Origin: Vicugna vicugna
Taxonomy: Eukaryota
Length of the DNA stretch: 64,000 bases
Assembly (NCBI GenBank): GCA_013265495.1
Contig: MU058482.1
Location: 282,962-346,961, forward strand
Direction: 5' to 3'
Both the position numbers and the translations under genes were made by a program. The notes beneath the pieces are model-generated. The model saw only the letters and a list, made by a program, of their open reading frames with translations. It was not told the origin of the DNA and searched no databases. Within the stretch, counting starts at the first letter, position 1, and each line of letters begins with the position of its first letter. Below are positions 1 through 64,000 of this stretch, piece after piece.

Positions 1-95
1 AGCCTGTTCCTGACCGAACTGTGGATACAGCTGGAGGGTCAGGAACTGTTACCTTCCTTCCCCTTGGCATTAATAAATTTAAGTTAATCCTTTCC
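1..95 (+). other. CHD8: Probable 3' UTR end/polyA signal of upstream gene (likely CHD8)
   Basis: AATAAA at 72-77 followed by U/C-rich sequence. In mammals CHD8 ends about 1 kb upstream of SUPT16H on the same strand. Identity is inferred from synteny; no coding sequence is visible. Confidence 0.5.
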
Positions 96-629
96 CACTC
101 TTCCCTTGTTCTATATTTGCTCAAACCCAATATAAATAATTAATTTTAAGAGTTGATGTTCATGATGGATAATTTCAACACCATTTCCTAAAGTTCATTA
201 TTGTTCATGCGAAATAACCTGGGTAAGGCAAGCAAGTCATCCTACTTCATTAAAGGTTTATATATAAGCTAGGCTGTCCAGCTTGCCCAAGGCAAGGGAA
301 TGATCTAAGCTAAACAGGCAAAATGTTCCAGATTCAAACTCCAAATTCTTGGAAGAGATGGGAATGAAGAATTTCGCCGAGACTGACATACATTTTGTTC
401 CGAATTAACTGAAATAACGGTGCTCTGGGAAAGCCATAAAAACGGTGTCACTTCATGAACTGCGCCAAGGACTGGCTGACTTGAAAGATGCTGTCACGAC
501 TTGGGCACAGAGGAGTGGATTCTGTGAATTCCCTCAAGCCATTTGTTTCCTACGACTCTTCCCCTACCATCCCAGCGCTCAGATGAAGCCTGGGCATTTT
601 ATTTCCCTCTCCAAGGCGAAACCTTTCCC

Positions 630-31984
<31,355 letters not shown>

Positions 31985-33165
31985 CTTCTGAACTTTGGCT
32001 CTCAGCTCCATTCTTCCTCCAGCCAATCCCTGAAAATTTTACATGACATAGAAACTGTATTTTTCCTTTTTTTCCTTTTGAAGTTTGGCCATATGTGTTT
32101 ATGGGTTTAGGGGGCCATTTGTGTGGACCAATCTACTCGGGGAATTCCAGGCCCACCAGGACACGTGCCAATGGCCCCATCCAGATGGCAAGGGAGGAGG
32201 TGTTCTTGAAGAAGGGCAGAGGCTTCCGCTGTTAATACCGTTTCATTCCTCTCTCTTCCTGTCACCTTCTGCCAGGACATCATTGGCTTCCGACATCTTG
32301 TCTTTCGATGTCTCAAAGCTCTATTTCCAAGACATTGGTACACGGTGACCCTTAAGTACCCGTACCATGGTTCTTGACCAGCAGATTTGATCCTCCATCC
32401 TTCCCTCCTGCCATGACCTTCCTCACATCTCTCTAAGTTCCCTTTTTGCAGTACTCAAGAAAAGGTTCTTGGAATTTGCTAATGGTGTGATAAACCATGC
32501 AACTCGAGCTAGTGAGGCTGATCGGGCTGGGACCTCCGTCTGAGTTTTCCTGCTCGCTTGCCTCGTGCAGTTCCTGAGGTGTACCCGCTGCCTTGGAAGG
32601 CATAAGCAGCAGTGATGCTCCCTGGTTCGGTTTCATCTTCCTTACAAATTTCACACATGGTACAATGGTAGAAGCAAAATTACCACTGTTTCTTTTCTGA
32701 TATGTCTGAGGAAGAGTGGTGGTGCCTCATTACTGCTTCTAGTGAAATCTAGGAGGCTCAAAGGAGTCAACATTTAGATCTGGAAGAGGCAAGTCATGCC
32801 TTGGGCCTAGAATAAGCCGGTGAGAAGAGAAGAGGAAGGGAGGCCACAGCTACAACACAGCCTCTCGTCACTGCTGCTCCTTATTTTTACTTGTCTTGCA
32901 TTGTCCTGTATTTATCACATTTCTGTTGAACAGCTTTTTAAGTATTTGGGGAGTTTATCTTGCCATCCTCTCCCTCCTGGTTCTCTGTACCCACCTGTCC
33001 CCCTGCAGTTCCTTCTGTGTTCTGTGACTTTAAGAGAAGGGGGGGAGGGGTTTCAGATTTTGTTTGTTTGTTTTTTTCTCCTTAGCAGTAGGACTTGATA
33101 TTTTCAATTTTGGAAGAACTAAAAGATAAATAAACTGTGGGGTTTTTTTGTTGTTGTTTTGTTTT
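31985..33165 (+). other. SUPT16H: SUPT16H 3' UTR
   Basis: Follows the stop codon and ends near AATAAA 33129-33134 with a downstream GU/U-rich tract; cleavage site approximate. Confidence 0.7.
33129..33134 (+). terminator. SUPT16H polyadenylation signal
   Basis: AATAAA followed by tgtggggtttttttgttgttgttttg. Confidence 0.75.
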
Positions 33166-33382
33166 TGTAAATTACCTTTTGTGACAGTTCCTTTGCAGTC
33201 TAACAGCAAGCCTGCTTCTCGCCTGGTAGAGCGCTAAAGCGTCAGAGAATAATCCCCTTATCCAGCTAGGATCACAAAAAAAGAAACTTTCATGATTCTA
33301 AGCTTTCATCGTTAAGTCGAGCGCTACTAGACATCACAGTAAACCAAGTTAAGGGTATAGCAAGTTACTTTATAAGAGACTT

Positions 33383-33388
33383 TTTATT
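33383..33388 (-). terminator. RPGRIP1 polyadenylation signal
   Basis: TTTATT on + (AATAAA on -) about 40 nt past the RPGRIP1 stop. Confidence 0.7.
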
Positions 33389-33428
33389 ATGGTTCCCTCA
33401 GTCTAGAAATGGAATAGCACTTGTTCCA

Positions 33429-63797
<30,369 letters not shown>

Positions 63798-64000
63798 CTA
63801 AATAGAAGGATCACAGACAGTCTTACAAGATGATAGTTTAACAGCCTTGATATGCAAGAAAGGGATTTTTGAGCTAGAAATTTCATTTCTCTCCTGCCAT
63901 AGAGCTGAGAGATGTCATCTCTCTCTCCTCACCACCCAGGGTTTTGCTCCATCAATAGCTTCATGGCATTATAAGGGATGTAGATTAAATTTGCAAAACA

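Overview
Mammalian genomic DNA, probably camelid (tRNA-Ala-like Vic-1-type SINE and cetartiodactyl-type L1 3' ends). The + strand carries the complete SUPT16H (FACT subunit SPT16) gene behind a CpG-island promoter: 26 GT-AG coding exons, 1375-31984, summing to 3144 nt (1047 aa + stop). The - strand carries the last 7 coding exons of RPGRIP1, ending tail-to-tail about 250 nt from the SUPT16H polyA signal. The first ~90 nt are probably the CHD8 3' end (synteny-based inference). Introns are full of L1, MIR, L2, MaLR LTRs and DNA-transposon relics. The most unusual structure is a nested insertion series in an RPGRIP1 intron (53161-60297). An MLT1 LTR is split by a 5'-truncated NLRP2/7-like processed pseudogene, which is itself interrupted by an internally deleted L1 (carrying a SINE and a second L1 tip) and by a near-perfect U6 retrocopy. 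I see no convincing evidence of a new functional biological system. Repeat family names come from recalled consensus motifs and need confirmation with RepeatMasker/Dfam.
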